Assembly (NCBI RefSeq): GCF_048262615.1 | Contig: NZ_JBLXFB010000018.1 | Span: 2,631 to 66,630, forward strand | Reading direction: 5' to 3' | DNA: 64,000 nt | Source of the DNA: Antarctobacter sp. | GTDB lineage: Bacteria > Pseudomonadota > Alphaproteobacteria > Rhodobacterales > Rhodobacteraceae | Part shown: one piece after another, positions 47,113 to 56,625 of the stretch | Layout of the letters: the number at the start of each line of letters is the position of its first letter | Numbering within the stretch: position 1 is the stretch's first letter | The notes under the pieces: model-generated | Database searches by the model: none | The model's input: the letters and a program-made list of their open reading frames with translations, nothing else | What the model was told of the DNA's origin: nothing | Translations under genes and position numbers: made by a program

Positions 47113-49737
47113 TCAGAACGGCGCTTGCGTGGCGCGGCGGCGCTGGACCAGCACGATGCCGGCCAGCAGCAGCAGCGCCGGGAGAAAGAAGATCTCCTTG
47201 GGGATGCGATCCGCCTCTACCTCGACGCGGGTGATGGTCACCGGGCTGTCGCCGTAATAGTCGAACTCTGTGCCACCCAGTGGCTGGATCACCTCGGGGC
47301 CGCCAAAGGGTTCGTCCAGCAGCAGTTTGCCGTCCTCCTCGAACACCGACAGGCTTTGGTCCGACAGGGTCGACGCACCGGCGGCAGGCAGCAGGACCGT
47401 GACCGGGCGCACCTTGGCGGTGTCGAAGTCCGGCCCTTCGACGGTGATCCGCACGTCCTTGCCCGGATCGGTTTCCTCGATCAGTGTCAGCGCGGCGGGG
47501 CCCTGGGCGGTGACATATTTCTCTGTCACCTGATCCAGGAAATAGCCCGGTCGGAACAGCATGAAGGCGATCAGCAGCAGCACGCCGGTTTCCCACATCC
47601 TCGATTTGGCGATGAAATAGCCCTGTGTCGCGGCGGCAAAGAGCAGCATTGCGGTCAGCGATATGAAGAACACGAAGATCGCCTTGAACAGCCCCACGTC
47701 GATCAGCAGCAGGTCGGTGTTGAAGATGAACAGGAAGGGCAGCAGCGCGGTGCGGATGTCATAGGCAAAGCCCTGAATGCCGGTCTTGATCGGGTCGCCC
47801 CGGCTGATCGCCGCCGCCGCATAGGCCGCTAGGCCCACGGGGGGCGTGTCATCCGCGAGAATGCCGAAGTAGAACACGAACATATGCACCGCGATCAGCG
47901 GCACGATCAGGCCCGACTGCGCGCCGACGCTGACGATGACCGGCGCCATGAGAGAGCTGACGACGATGTAGTTGGCGGTGGTGGGCAGGCCCATGCCAAG
48001 GATCAGCGACAGCACCGCGACAAGCACCAGCAGGATGATCAGGTTGCCGCCAGAGATCACCTCGATCACCTGACCGATGACCTGATGCGCGCCGGTCAGG
48101 GAAATGGTGCCGACGATGATACCGGCGGCCCCGGTGGCCACACCGATACCGATCATGTTGCGCGCGCCAAGGATCAGCCCGTTGACGAAATCACGCCAGC
48201 CCGCGACCAGTTCTGCCGCGTGGCCCTCGCCGCGAAAGAACGCCTTTAGCGGGCGGTGCGTCAGCGCGATGATGATCATGAAGATGGTGGCCCAGAAGGC
48301 CGACAGCGCCGGGGACAGCCGGTCAAGGCTTTCGGTGCGCACCATCAGGTTCCACACGAGGATGAAAATCGGGATCGAGAAATACAGGCCCCCGATCAGG
48401 GTTGGTGTCAGGCGCGGCGCGATGGGCGCGGCGTCGGTGTCCGTGTCCTCTTCGATGTCGGGATAGCGCGCGGACAGTGACACAAGCGCCACGTAGAGCA
48501 CCCCGATCAGCGCCACGGCGGCATAGATCGAGTCGCCCATGATCGGGTCAAGGATGCCGCGCAGACCGATCATCAGGAAGGCGCAGATGCCAAGGAAGAT
48601 AAAGCCCGACAGGAACAGGATCAGGATCATCAGCACGCCGATCTTGCGACCGGGCTTTTCCAGTCCCTTCAGCCCCATCTTGAGCGATTCAAGGTGCACG
48701 ATATAGAGCAGCGCGATGTAGGAAATTACCGCTGGCAGGAAGGCGTGTTTGACCACGTCGATGTAGGGAATATTGACGTATTCCACCATCAGGAAGGCCG
48801 CGGCCCCCATGACCGGCGGGGTCAGCTGGCCGTTGGTGGAGGACGCCACCTCGACCGCGCCGGCCTTTTCCGCCGGAAAGCCGATGCGTTTCATCAGCGG
48901 AATGGTGAAGGTGCCGGTGGTCACGGTGTTGGCGATGGACGAGCCGGAGATCATGCCGGTCAGCATCGACGACAGGACCGACGCCTTGGCCGGTCCGCCG
49001 CGCAGCGCGCCCAGAAGGGCGATGGCCACCTTGATGAACCAGTTGCCGCCACCCGCGCGGTCCAGCAGCGCGCCGAACAGCACAAACAAAAAGATCATGT
49101 CGGCAGAGACGCCAAGGGCCACGCCAAACACGCCTTCGGTCTGCATCCAGTAGTGGCCCAGCGCCTTGGACAGTGAGGCGCCGCCGTAGTTGGTGATATT
49201 GCGGGCCCATTCGGAATAGCCGCCAAAGAAGGCGAAGAGGATGAAACAGGAGGCGATGACCACCAGCGGCAGACCCAGAGAGCGGTAGACCGAGACCATC
49301 AGCACGGACATGCCGACGGCGGACATGACGATGTCCGACGTGCTCCACAGCCCCGGACGGTCGGCGATCTGAAAGCGGAAGACCACAAGGTACAGACAGG
49401 CCGCCACGCCCAGCACCAGTAGCGCCCAGTCATAGGCCGGGATACGGTCACGCGGGGCGGATTTGGTCAGCGGAAAGGCCAACGTCGCCAGCATGATCGC
49501 AAAGGCAAGGTGCACGTACCGCGACTGCGCCACGATATTGGCGAAAAAGCCGATGCCGGTGGAGGTGGCCAGAATGCTGGGCACCTTCGAGGCGATGTAA
49601 AGCTGGAACAGCGACCAGACGATACAGGTGCCGATGATCAGTTTTGCCTGCCATGCGGCCGACGGATTGCGCGCGCCGGTATCGGCCTCTGCGACCATAT
49701 CGTCGGCGCTGCGGTCCTGTGCCTTAGTCTCGGCCAT
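47113..49737 (-). CDS. TAXI-type TRAP transporter fused 4TM/12TM permease
   Basis: ATG 49737; GVFGVALGVS, GGPAKASV, SSTNGQLTPPVMGAAAF, GMGLPTTANYI, ADDTPPVGLAA. Confidence 0.93.
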   Translation of the reverse strand: MAETKAQDRSADDMVAEADTGARNPSAAWQAKLIIGTCIVWSLFQLYIASKVPSILATSTGIGFFANIVAQSRYVHLAFAIMLATLAFPLTKSAPRDRIPAYDWALLVLGVAACLYLVVFRFQIADRPGLWSTSDIVMSAVGMSVLMVSVYRSLGLPLVVIASCFILFAFFGGYSEWARNITNYGGASLSKALGHYWMQTEGVFGVALGVSADMIFLFVLFGALLDRAGGGNWFIKVAIALLGALRGGPAKASVLSSMLTGMISGSSIANTVTTGTFTIPLMKRIGFPAEKAGAVEVASSTNGQLTPPVMGAAAFLMVEYVNIPYIDVVKHAFLPAVISYIALLYIVHLESLKMGLKGLEKPGRKIGVLMILILFLSGFIFLGICAFLMIGLRGILDPIMGDSIYAAVALIGVLYVALVSLSARYPDIEEDTDTDAAPIAPRLTPTLIGGLYFSIPIFILVWNLMVRTESLDRLSPALSAFWATIFMIIIALTHRPLKAFFRGEGHAAELVAGWRDFVNGLILGARNMIGIGVATGAAGIIVGTISLTGAHQVIGQVIEVISGGNLIILLVLVAVLSLILGMGLPTTANYIVVSSLMAPVIVSVGAQSGLIVPLIAVHMFVFYFGILADDTPPVGLAAYAAAAISRGDPIKTGIQGFAYDIRTALLPFLFIFNTDLLLIDVGLFKAIFVFFISLTAMLLFAAATQGYFIAKSRMWETGVLLLIAFMLFRPGYFLDQVTEKYVTAQGPAALTLIEETDPGKDVRITVEGPDFDTAKVRPVTVLLPAAGASTLSDQSLSVFEEDGKLLLDEPFGGPEVIQPLGGTEFDYYGDSPVTITRVEVEADRIPKEIFFLPALLLLAGIVLVQRRRATQAPF

Positions 49738-49786
49738 GGTGTCCCCCTGGTTTGTTTTTCTTGGGCAAGGCTGCGTCAAAGCCCTG

Positions 49787-49915
49787 CAAATGTCTTCGAA
49801 GACATTTGGTGGCGCGGGGTGAAAGCGGCGGTTTGCACGATAATCGGTCAGACCGCGGCCACCGGGTGCCAAAAGACGCAGGGACTGCGTCTGCAAATAT
49901 CTTCGAAGATATTTG
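49787..49915. repeat. Pair of perfect 22-bp palindromes (REP-like)
   Basis: CAAATGTCTTCGAAGACATTTG (49787-49808) and CAAATATCTTCGAAGATATTTG (49894-49915), plus hairpin AGACGCAG-gga-CTGCGTCT just before the second. Confidence 0.85.
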
Positions 49916-49929
49916 ATCGCCCAAAGGAA

Positions 49930-49960
49930 ATGCGGCGGCGGGCATCTCCCGCCGCCGCAT
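49930..49960 (-). terminator. Intrinsic terminator / stabilising hairpin after the TAXI gene
   Basis: ATGCGGCGGCGGG / CCCGCCGCCGCAT 13-bp stem, followed by TTCCTTT on the minus strand. Confidence 0.7.
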
Positions 49961-49972
49961 GTCGGGCGATCC

Positions 49973-50938
49973 TTATTCGATCAGGCCCAGTTCCTTGTAG
50001 GCCTTGGCCGCGCCGTCATGCAGCGGGGCCGACAGGCCGTCCTTGACCATCTGCGCCGGGTCGAGGTTTTCGAACGCCGGGTGCAGCTGACGGAAATCCT
50101 CGATGTTTTCCATCACCGCCTTGGCGACCACATAGACCACGTCCTCGGACACGTCGGCGGAGGTGACAAAGGTCGCGCCCACACCAAAGGTGGTCACGTC
50201 TTCATCGGTGCCGGTGTACATGCCGCCGGGGATGGTCGCGACACGGTAGTAGGGGTTGTCGGCAACCAGCTTGTCGATCGGCTCGCCCACGACGTCGACC
50301 AGTTTGACGTCACAGGTGGTCGCGGCCTCCTTGATGGCGGCGGCGGGGTGACCGATGGTGTAGATCATCGCGTCGATATTGCCGTCGCACAGTTGCTTGG
50401 CCATTTCCGAGCCTTTGTACTCGGTCGCCAGTGCAAAGCTGTCCATGGTAAAGCCGAAGGCCTCCATGACCACTTCCATCGTGGCGCGCTGGCCGGAGCC
50501 GGCGTTGCCGATGTTCACGCGCTTGCCTTCGAGGCCCTCAAAGCTTTCGATGCCGCTGTCGGCGCGCACGATCAGGGTGAACGGCTCGGGGTGGACAGAG
50601 AACACCGCGCGGATTTCCGGGAAGGGGTTGTCCGAGAAGGTCGAGGTGCCGTTGTAGGCATGGTACTGCCAGTCAGACTGGGCGACGCCGAATTCCAGTT
50701 CACCTGCCTTGATGGTGTTGATGTTGTAGACGGACCCGCCGGTGGATTCCACGGCGCAGCGAATGCCATGCTCCTTGCGCGACTTGTTCACCAGACGGCA
50801 GATCGCTCCGCCGGTGGGATAGTACACGCCGGTCACGCCGCCGGTGCCGATCGAGATGAACTCTTGCGCCGAGGCCATCGGTGCGGTGAGCGCCACACCC
50901 ACGGCCGCCATGGCTGCAAGTTTTCCTTTGATAAACAT
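49973..50938 (-). CDS. TAXI-family TRAP solute-binding protein
   Basis: Signal peptide; SIGTGGVTGVYYPTGGAIC, STGGSVYNI, VAQSDWQYHAY, APLHDGA. Confidence 0.95.
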   Translation of the reverse strand: MFIKGKLAAMAAVGVALTAPMASAQEFISIGTGGVTGVYYPTGGAICRLVNKSRKEHGIRCAVESTGGSVYNINTIKAGELEFGVAQSDWQYHAYNGTSTFSDNPFPEIRAVFSVHPEPFTLIVRADSGIESFEGLEGKRVNIGNAGSGQRATMEVVMEAFGFTMDSFALATEYKGSEMAKQLCDGNIDAMIYTIGHPAAAIKEAATTCDVKLVDVVGEPIDKLVADNPYYRVATIPGGMYTGTDEDVTTFGVGATFVTSADVSEDVVYVVAKAVMENIEDFRQLHPAFENLDPAQMVKDGLSAPLHDGAAKAYKELGLIE

Positions 50939-50972
50939 ACTTACTCTCCTGTCGGTTTTGTTGATTGAGGTG

Positions 50973-51842
50973 TCAGTCCGCCCAGAAATCGCCCAGACGT
51001 TCGTTTCTTTCCTCTACCAAGCGAATCTTTTCGCTGACGTCATCTTGGGATTGCGAGACGAGCATCGCAACCAAAGTTTCCATCAAGGCAAGTGTCGCTA
51101 CGTAAGATGAAAAGAACTGCGGGCTGTCCGACGGCACGCAAAATCCGATGTCGGCATGCATCAACGCCGGGCAGGCGTGGCGGTCGGTCAGAACAACTGT
51201 GGTCGCGCCCTGTTCGCGCGCCATGCGGGTCGCCAGAACGGCGCGGCGGGCATAGGGCGTCTTGGTGATCACCAGAAAGACATCCTCTGGACACAGGGTT
51301 TCCAGACTGGCGGCCAGCGGGGTGCCGGAGTGCGACACCACCGTCCAGTCGGCCTGAATGTAGTTGGTCAGATAGGCGACATGTTCCGCCACCCCGTGTG
51401 AGGCAAACGCGCCGAACAGCATCACCCGGCGCGCCTGCGCCAGCCGGTCCACCGCCGTCTGCAACTGGCTCCGGTCGATCTCTTGCGTCAGGGCCGCGAG
51501 ATTGGCCATGCAGGCCCCGACCTGCCGGTCGAGCATGGCGGCCTCACCGTCCCCTTCGCCGGAGGCACGCAATTGCGCCGCTTTTTCGGAGAAGGTCACG
51601 ATCTGCGCGCCAACCACCTGCCGCGACAGCTCGCGCAGGGATTCGTAGCTGTCGAACTCCAGCGCGCGGGCCAGCCGTGAAAAGGTGGCGGGCGAGACGC
51701 TGCTGGACGCCGAGATTGACCGCAAGGATCGCGTCGCCACCTCGACCGGGTGGGCGATGACATAGTCCGCCGCCTCCCGCAGTTTGTGGCTGAGCCCGCC
51801 GTAACGGCGGGCAATGCGTGTCTCCAGACGCTCTACCGGCAT
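50973..51842 (-). CDS. MurR/RpiR-family regulator
   Basis: N-terminal HTH (VSPATFSRLARALEFDSY) plus SIS domain (FGAFASHGVA, VVLTD). Confidence 0.92.
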   Translation of the reverse strand: MPVERLETRIARRYGGLSHKLREAADYVIAHPVEVATRSLRSISASSSVSPATFSRLARALEFDSYESLRELSRQVVGAQIVTFSEKAAQLRASGEGDGEAAMLDRQVGACMANLAALTQEIDRSQLQTAVDRLAQARRVMLFGAFASHGVAEHVAYLTNYIQADWTVVSHSGTPLAASLETLCPEDVFLVITKTPYARRAVLATRMAREQGATTVVLTDRHACPALMHADIGFCVPSDSPQFFSSYVATLALMETLVAMLVSQSQDDVSEKIRLVEERNERLGDFWAD

Positions 51843-51852
51843 CTTCCCCCCG

Positions 51853-51919
51853 GAAAACCTACTGTTTCAAGGTGTTTCATATGTTTTAAATCTTGTCAAC
51901 ATGGGAAACATGTGTTTCA
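51853..51919. promoter_or_regulatory. Candidate RpiR operator(s) in an AT-rich divergent promoter
   Basis: TGTTTCA three times (51863, 51873, 51913); GAAACA-tg-TGTTTC imperfect palindrome at 51905-51918. Confidence 0.5.
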
Positions 51920-52162
51920 TTGGACGCTGCCGCAAGGTCAGCGGTGCGTCGAGAAAAGCAACCGCGCCATGGCGTTTCCCCCGCGATCCCTGCCTTTGTG
52001 CCCCTGCCTGTCGGAGGCCCCGAACGGGGCGGATCGGCACCGCGTCGGTCCTGTGGGCCGCGCACCCGACAGCACAGCGGACAAGTCCGCCCGGTTCCGG
52101 GCCGCGCTGGCGGCGCATCCCGCCGACCCACACGCCCCGCACCCCACAAGGTATTCACCCGC

Positions 52163-53485
52163 ATGACCCATGTCTTTCACCGCAGCAGCACCCATGTTCC
52201 GCCCACGGTCAGCCGGGGCGAGGGCGCGTATCTGTACGACACCACCGGCAAGGCCTATCTGGACGGCTCCGGCGGGGCGGCGGTGTCCTGTCTGGGCCAC
52301 GGCGACGCCCATGTGACGCAGGCCATCCAGCGCCAGTTGGAGGAGGTGGCCTTTGCCCATACCGGGTTTTTCACCTCCGCCCCCGCCGAGGCGCTGGCCG
52401 CGCGGCTGACCGCGTTGGCGCCCGGCGCGCTGAACCGGGCCTATCTGGTCTCTGGCGGGTCCGAGGCGATGGAGGCGGCGCTGAAACTGGCGCGTCAGTA
52501 CCATCTGGAACGCGGCGACACAGGCCGCGCCCGCATCATCGCGCGGCGGCAGAGCTATCACGGCAACACGCTGGGCGCGCTGGCCACCGGCGGCAATGCA
52601 TTGCGGCGCGCGCCTTTTGCGCCGCTGTTGATGGAGGTCAGCCACGTCGCGCCCTGCTATGCCTATCGCGGTCAACAAGACGGCGAAAGCGAAGCGGCCT
52701 ATTGCGACCGGCTGATCGCCGAAATCGAGGCTGAGATCACCCGCGTCGGGCCGGAGAATGTCATGGCTTTTGTGGCAGAGCCGGTGGTCGGCGCGACGCT
52801 GGGCGCGGTGCCGCCGGTGGCGGGATATTTCCGCCGCATTCGCGAAATCTGTGACCGCCACGGCATCCTGATGATCCTTGACGAGGTGATGTGCGGCATG
52901 GGCCGCACCGGCACGCTGTTCGCCTGCGAGCAGGACGGGGTTGCGCCGGATATCCTGTGCGTGGCCAAAGGCTTGGGCGCGGGGTATCAACCGATTGGCG
53001 CGATGCTGTGTACCGAGGCGATGCATGAGGTGATCGCCGGTGGCAGCGGCTTTTTCCAGCACGGCCACACCTATGTCGGCCACCCGGTGGCCTGTGCGGC
53101 GGCGGGCGCGGTGCTGGACCGGCTGGTGGGCGATGATCTGGTGGGGCGCGTGGCGCCCATGGGCGCGGTGCTGCGCGGCTTGCTGGAGGACCGCTTTGGC
53201 CAGCACCCGCATGTCGGCGACATTCGTGGGCGCGGGCTGTTTCTGGGGCTGGAACTGGTGCAGGACCGCGACAGCAAGGCCCCCATCGACGCGGGCCGCA
53301 AGATCCATGCCCAGATCAAGGCGGCGGGTTTTTCCGAGGGGCTGATCTGTTATCCCGGCGGCGGCACCATCGACGGCAAGGACGGCGCGCATGTGCTGCT
53401 GGCCCCGCCGTTTATCCTGACCGAGGATCAGGCGCAGGAACTGGTGGACAAGCTGGCCCGCGCCTTTGTGGCGGTCGGTCTGTAG
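52163..53485 (+). CDS. Class III (omega-amino acid) aminotransferase
   Basis: ATG 52163; YLDGSGGAAV, SYHGNT, LDEVMCGMGRTG, AKGLGAGYQP (PLP lysine). Confidence 0.92.
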   Translation: MTHVFHRSSTHVPPTVSRGEGAYLYDTTGKAYLDGSGGAAVSCLGHGDAHVTQAIQRQLEEVAFAHTGFFTSAPAEALAARLTALAPGALNRAYLVSGGSEAMEAALKLARQYHLERGDTGRARIIARRQSYHGNTLGALATGGNALRRAPFAPLLMEVSHVAPCYAYRGQQDGESEAAYCDRLIAEIEAEITRVGPENVMAFVAEPVVGATLGAVPPVAGYFRRIREICDRHGILMILDEVMCGMGRTGTLFACEQDGVAPDILCVAKGLGAGYQPIGAMLCTEAMHEVIAGGSGFFQHGHTYVGHPVACAAAGAVLDRLVGDDLVGRVAPMGAVLRGLLEDRFGQHPHVGDIRGRGLFLGLELVQDRDSKAPIDAGRKIHAQIKAAGFSEGLICYPGGGTIDGKDGAHVLLAPPFILTEDQAQELVDKLARAFVAVGL

Positions 53486-53499
53486 CGGCGGGCGGGGCA

Positions 53500-53559
53500 G
53501 GGGGCGCTGCCCCCTCGGCCTGCGGCCTCACCCCCGGGTGTATTTGGACAGAGAAGAAG
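53500..53559. repeat. REP-like element after the aminotransferase
   Basis: GGGGCGCTGCCCC hairpin, GGCCTGCGGCC, CCCCCGGG-TATTTGG...GAAG; shares the GCCTGCGGC core with the 46362-46420 hairpin. Confidence 0.6.
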
Positions 53560-53818
53560 CGATAAGACAGCAGCTTTGCCCGCCAGCGGTGCGCGACCGG
53601 GCGGGGAAGGCAGGGTATCGGGAAAGCTGAAAACGGCGGCCGCCGGACGGATCGTCGATCCGGGGTGTCAAACCCGGCCCGATGGGGCGTCGCCCCCGAG
53701 ATCTGCGCAGATCAAAAGGCCCCCAAGCGGGGTCATGATCCGGTTTTCAGTGGTACCGGGGATGGGTATGCGCCCCGATCCTTGACGAAAGCTGAGGGCA
53801 CCGTGCGGTGGGCGGGCG

Positions 53819-54514
53819 TCAGCGCGCCCATGCAAAGGCATTGTCCAGCGCCTTGGCGGCGTTTTCTTTGACAACCGGGCCATGCGCCATGACGATCTGC
53901 TGTACCGGCAGGCGGCGCAGTTTGGCGATGGCCGCGCGCAGGGCGCGGCGGTTGCGAAAGGCGATGCGGACCTTGCGCGGCACCGAGGGATAGTCCCCGG
54001 TCATCAGGTCGGCGCGGGCCACCGTGGCGCGCCCGCCCTTGTACCACCCGGACGGCATTTGTTGCAGCAGGTCGGTGAAGATCAGGGTGCCGCTGGGCTG
54101 ATGGAAAAACACCACTTCCGTGGTGATCATGTTGCCGTCAAAGATCACCTGCTGGAACAGGTCGGCCCAGATGGCGGGCGGGTCCGGTGTCAAGACGTCA
54201 TCGACCACGACGCCGGGGCTTTTCTGCGCCACGCCGGGGGCTGCGTGGACGATGGCCGCCGGAAAGGCCGCAGCCCAGTCGGAGAGAAACCTGTGGTGCA
54301 GATCGTTGGGCGCGACAAGGTGCCGGACCGGGCCCAGCCGGGCGATTTCGGATGTCAGGGCGGCGGTGAGCGCGATCGGGGAGTGGACCCAGAGGCTGCC
54401 GTCGGTCAGCCGGGCAAGGCACATGCGGGTCGGGAAATCAAAGCCACCGGCACCGCGGATCGCGGCGCCCTCGACGGTCCAGAGGTCATGTCCAAGCGGG
54501 ATGAGCGACGTCAT
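53819..54514 (-). CDS. DUF4336-family protein (metallo-beta-lactamase-like)
   Basis: Start refined to ATG 54514; FPTRMCLARLTDGSLWVHSPI, VAPNDLHH, EVVFFHQPSGTLIFTDL, MAHG. Confidence 0.85.
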   Translation of the reverse strand: MTSLIPLGHDLWTVEGAAIRGAGGFDFPTRMCLARLTDGSLWVHSPIALTAALTSEIARLGPVRHLVAPNDLHHRFLSDWAAAFPAAIVHAAPGVAQKSPGVVVDDVLTPDPPAIWADLFQQVIFDGNMITTEVVFFHQPSGTLIFTDLLQQMPSGWYKGGRATVARADLMTGDYPSVPRKVRIAFRNRRALRAAIAKLRRLPVQQIVMAHGPVVKENAAKALDNAFAWAR

Positions 54515-54601
54515 GCGGGTCAGGCCAAGCTGTTGGGATGGTGGCGTGTTCAGCCTAGGTGGGCGTCGCGGCATTATCAACCGCGCGGCCCACGAGACAT
54601 G

Positions 54602-54632
54602 AAAAGACCCGCCCCGGTGCCGGGGCGGGTCT
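54602..54632 (-). terminator. Intrinsic terminator after the sugar ABC operon
   Basis: AGACCCGCCCCGG / CCGGGGCGGGTCT stem followed by T-run on the minus strand. Confidence 0.8.
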
Positions 54633-54654
54633 GAAACGCAGCGGGCAGGGGGCG

Positions 54655-55425
54655 TCAGATCGCCGCCAGTTCGCCCGCGAGGTCGCCCATTTCGGTCCCG
54701 CCGGACATCAGGCGGCGCATTTCCTGATCGCTGATGTCTTCGGATTTGCCTGCGCCGATCACCTGTCCGAGGGCCAGAAAGGTGAAGCGGTCGCCGACCA
54801 GACGCGAGTGGATCTCATTGTGGGTGATGAAGATGATGGCGATATCGCCACGCTTTTTCACCTGCTTGATCGTCTTGAGGACTTCCATCTGCTGCTTTTG
54901 CCCCAGAGCCGAGGTCGGCTCATCGAGGATCAGCACCTTGGCGCCAAAGTAGATGGCGCGTGCGATGGCCAGCGTCTGGCGCTGGCCACCGGACATGGTG
55001 CCCACCGCCTGCGTCGGATCGGAAAAGTCGATGCCGATCTTGAGCATCTCGTCATGGGCGATCTGGTCCATTTCGCGCATGCGCATGGTGCCCAGTGGCC
55101 CTTTGAGTTCACGCCCCATGAAGAAGTTGCGGGTGACGCTCATCAACTGGTTGACGGCGAGATCCTGATAGACCGTGCCGATCCCGGCGTCCGCCGCATC
55201 GCGGGGATTGCGGAAGCTGACCGGTTTGCCCTCGATGTAGAGTTGACCGGAGGTCGGGCTGTGCACGCCCGCCAGCGTCTTGATCAGGGTCGATTTCCCG
55301 GCCCCGTTGTCGCCCAGCAGCGCGTGGACCTCGCCGGGGTAGACCTCAAGGTTGACGCCGTTGAGGGCGATGAAGGGGCCGAATTTCTTGACGATATTTT
55401 CGACGCGAAGATATGGTTCCGCCAT
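54655..55425 (-). CDS. CUT2 sugar ABC transporter ATPase
   Basis: ATG 55425; GDNGAGKS, MSGGQRQTLAIARA, LDEPTSALG. Confidence 0.93.
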   Translation of the reverse strand: MAEPYLRVENIVKKFGPFIALNGVNLEVYPGEVHALLGDNGAGKSTLIKTLAGVHSPTSGQLYIEGKPVSFRNPRDAADAGIGTVYQDLAVNQLMSVTRNFFMGRELKGPLGTMRMREMDQIAHDEMLKIGIDFSDPTQAVGTMSGGQRQTLAIARAIYFGAKVLILDEPTSALGQKQQMEVLKTIKQVKKRGDIAIIFITHNEIHSRLVGDRFTFLALGQVIGAGKSEDISDQEMRRLMSGGTEMGDLAGELAAI

Positions 55426-55426
55426 C

Positions 55427-56539
55427 TCAAATTCCCCCCGTGATGCGCTTGCGGATACGTTCGTTGGCAAAGACGGCGGCCAGCAGGACGACGCCCACGA
55501 AGACGCGGTAGAACGACCCGTCGAGCCACGGAATGTAGAACACTGCGTTGGCCACAAGGCCAAAGGTCACGGCCCCGAAGGCCACCCCGATCACCGACCC
55601 GAAGCCGCCGGTCATCAATGTGCCGCCCACAACCGCGATGGCGATGGCGTTCAGTTCCATCAGGTTGCCCTTGGCGGCGTCGGCGGTGTTGGTGTCGAAC
55701 ACCTGGCAGGCGGCGAAAACCGTCGCGCAGAAGGCGGTGAACATGAACAGGCCGGTCTTGACCCGGTTCACCGGAACACCGTTGGCGCGGGCGCTGTCCT
55801 TGTTGTCGCCGGTGGCGAAGATCCAGTTGCCAAGCTGGGTGCGCGACAGGATGAAATAGGCCAGACCGGCGATGACAATCCACCACAAGACGCGGGCGTC
55901 AAAGCCATCGACCCACTGTTCGCCGCGGCGGTTGATATTGCCGCCCAGCGCGAACCATGCGTCGTAGAACCAGCCAAAGACCTCACCGCCGAAAATCCAT
56001 GCGACCCAGCTTTCTTCCTTGAAATCGGGCAGGCCGGAAATCTGTGTCGACTGGTTGATCAGGCGAAAGGAGACCTCTGTGGTGCCGCGCAGGAAGAACA
56101 GGAAGGCGAGGCTGACGATGAAGCTGGACAGGCCGGAGCGCACGACGATGGTGCCGATCAGCCAGCCCAGCGAGAGGGTCATGGCCAATGTGATGGCAAA
56201 GGCCAGGAACGGCGTCGCCTCGCCCAGACCAAAGGGCAGGCCCCATTTCAACATCATGGCCATGGACATGCCGGCAAAACCGATCATCGAACCGATCGAC
56301 AGATCGAATTCGCCGCCGATCATCAGCAGGGCCGCGCCGGTGGCGATGATCCCGAACTGGGCGATGATGGCCAGATTGTTTTTCAGACCCAGAGCGTTGA
56401 ACGCCTTGAAGTCCGATGCGAAGGTGATCATCGTCACCACGACGATCATGACGATAAAGGCACCGGCTTCCGGGCGGCGCACAAGGCGCGCCAGGGCGGA
56501 TTCCTGAGCCAGTCGGTCCGCTTCACTGCGGTCAGACAT
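55427..56539 (-). CDS. CUT2 sugar ABC transporter permease
   Basis: GGEFDLSIGS; G-D-N-x-x-x-A-x-x-x-G-V-P-V loop; ELNAIAIAVVGGT. Confidence 0.93.
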   Translation of the reverse strand: MSDRSEADRLAQESALARLVRRPEAGAFIVMIVVVTMITFASDFKAFNALGLKNNLAIIAQFGIIATGAALLMIGGEFDLSIGSMIGFAGMSMAMMLKWGLPFGLGEATPFLAFAITLAMTLSLGWLIGTIVVRSGLSSFIVSLAFLFFLRGTTEVSFRLINQSTQISGLPDFKEESWVAWIFGGEVFGWFYDAWFALGGNINRRGEQWVDGFDARVLWWIVIAGLAYFILSRTQLGNWIFATGDNKDSARANGVPVNRVKTGLFMFTAFCATVFAACQVFDTNTADAAKGNLMELNAIAIAVVGGTLMTGGFGSVIGVAFGAVTFGLVANAVFYIPWLDGSFYRVFVGVVLLAAVFANERIRKRITGGI

Positions 56540-56568
56540 GAGACCCCCCAATACTGTTAGGATTTATC

Positions 56569-56601
56569 AAAAAGGGGGACAGCCGTTGCCGTCTGTCCCC
56601 C
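56569..56601 (-). terminator. Intra-operon terminator between binding-protein and permease genes
   Basis: GGGGGACAG / CTGTCCCCC stem followed by TTTTT on the minus strand. Confidence 0.75.
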
Positions 56602-56625
56602 CGTTGTTCCGGTCCGTGCCCGCGA

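Noticed and set aside
53610-53765. Degenerate inverted repeat around the palindrome GATCTGCGCAGATC (53700-53713)
   Set aside because: Arms match only patchily (CTGAAAAC / GTTTTCAG); cannot be distinguished from chance without a genome-wide search.
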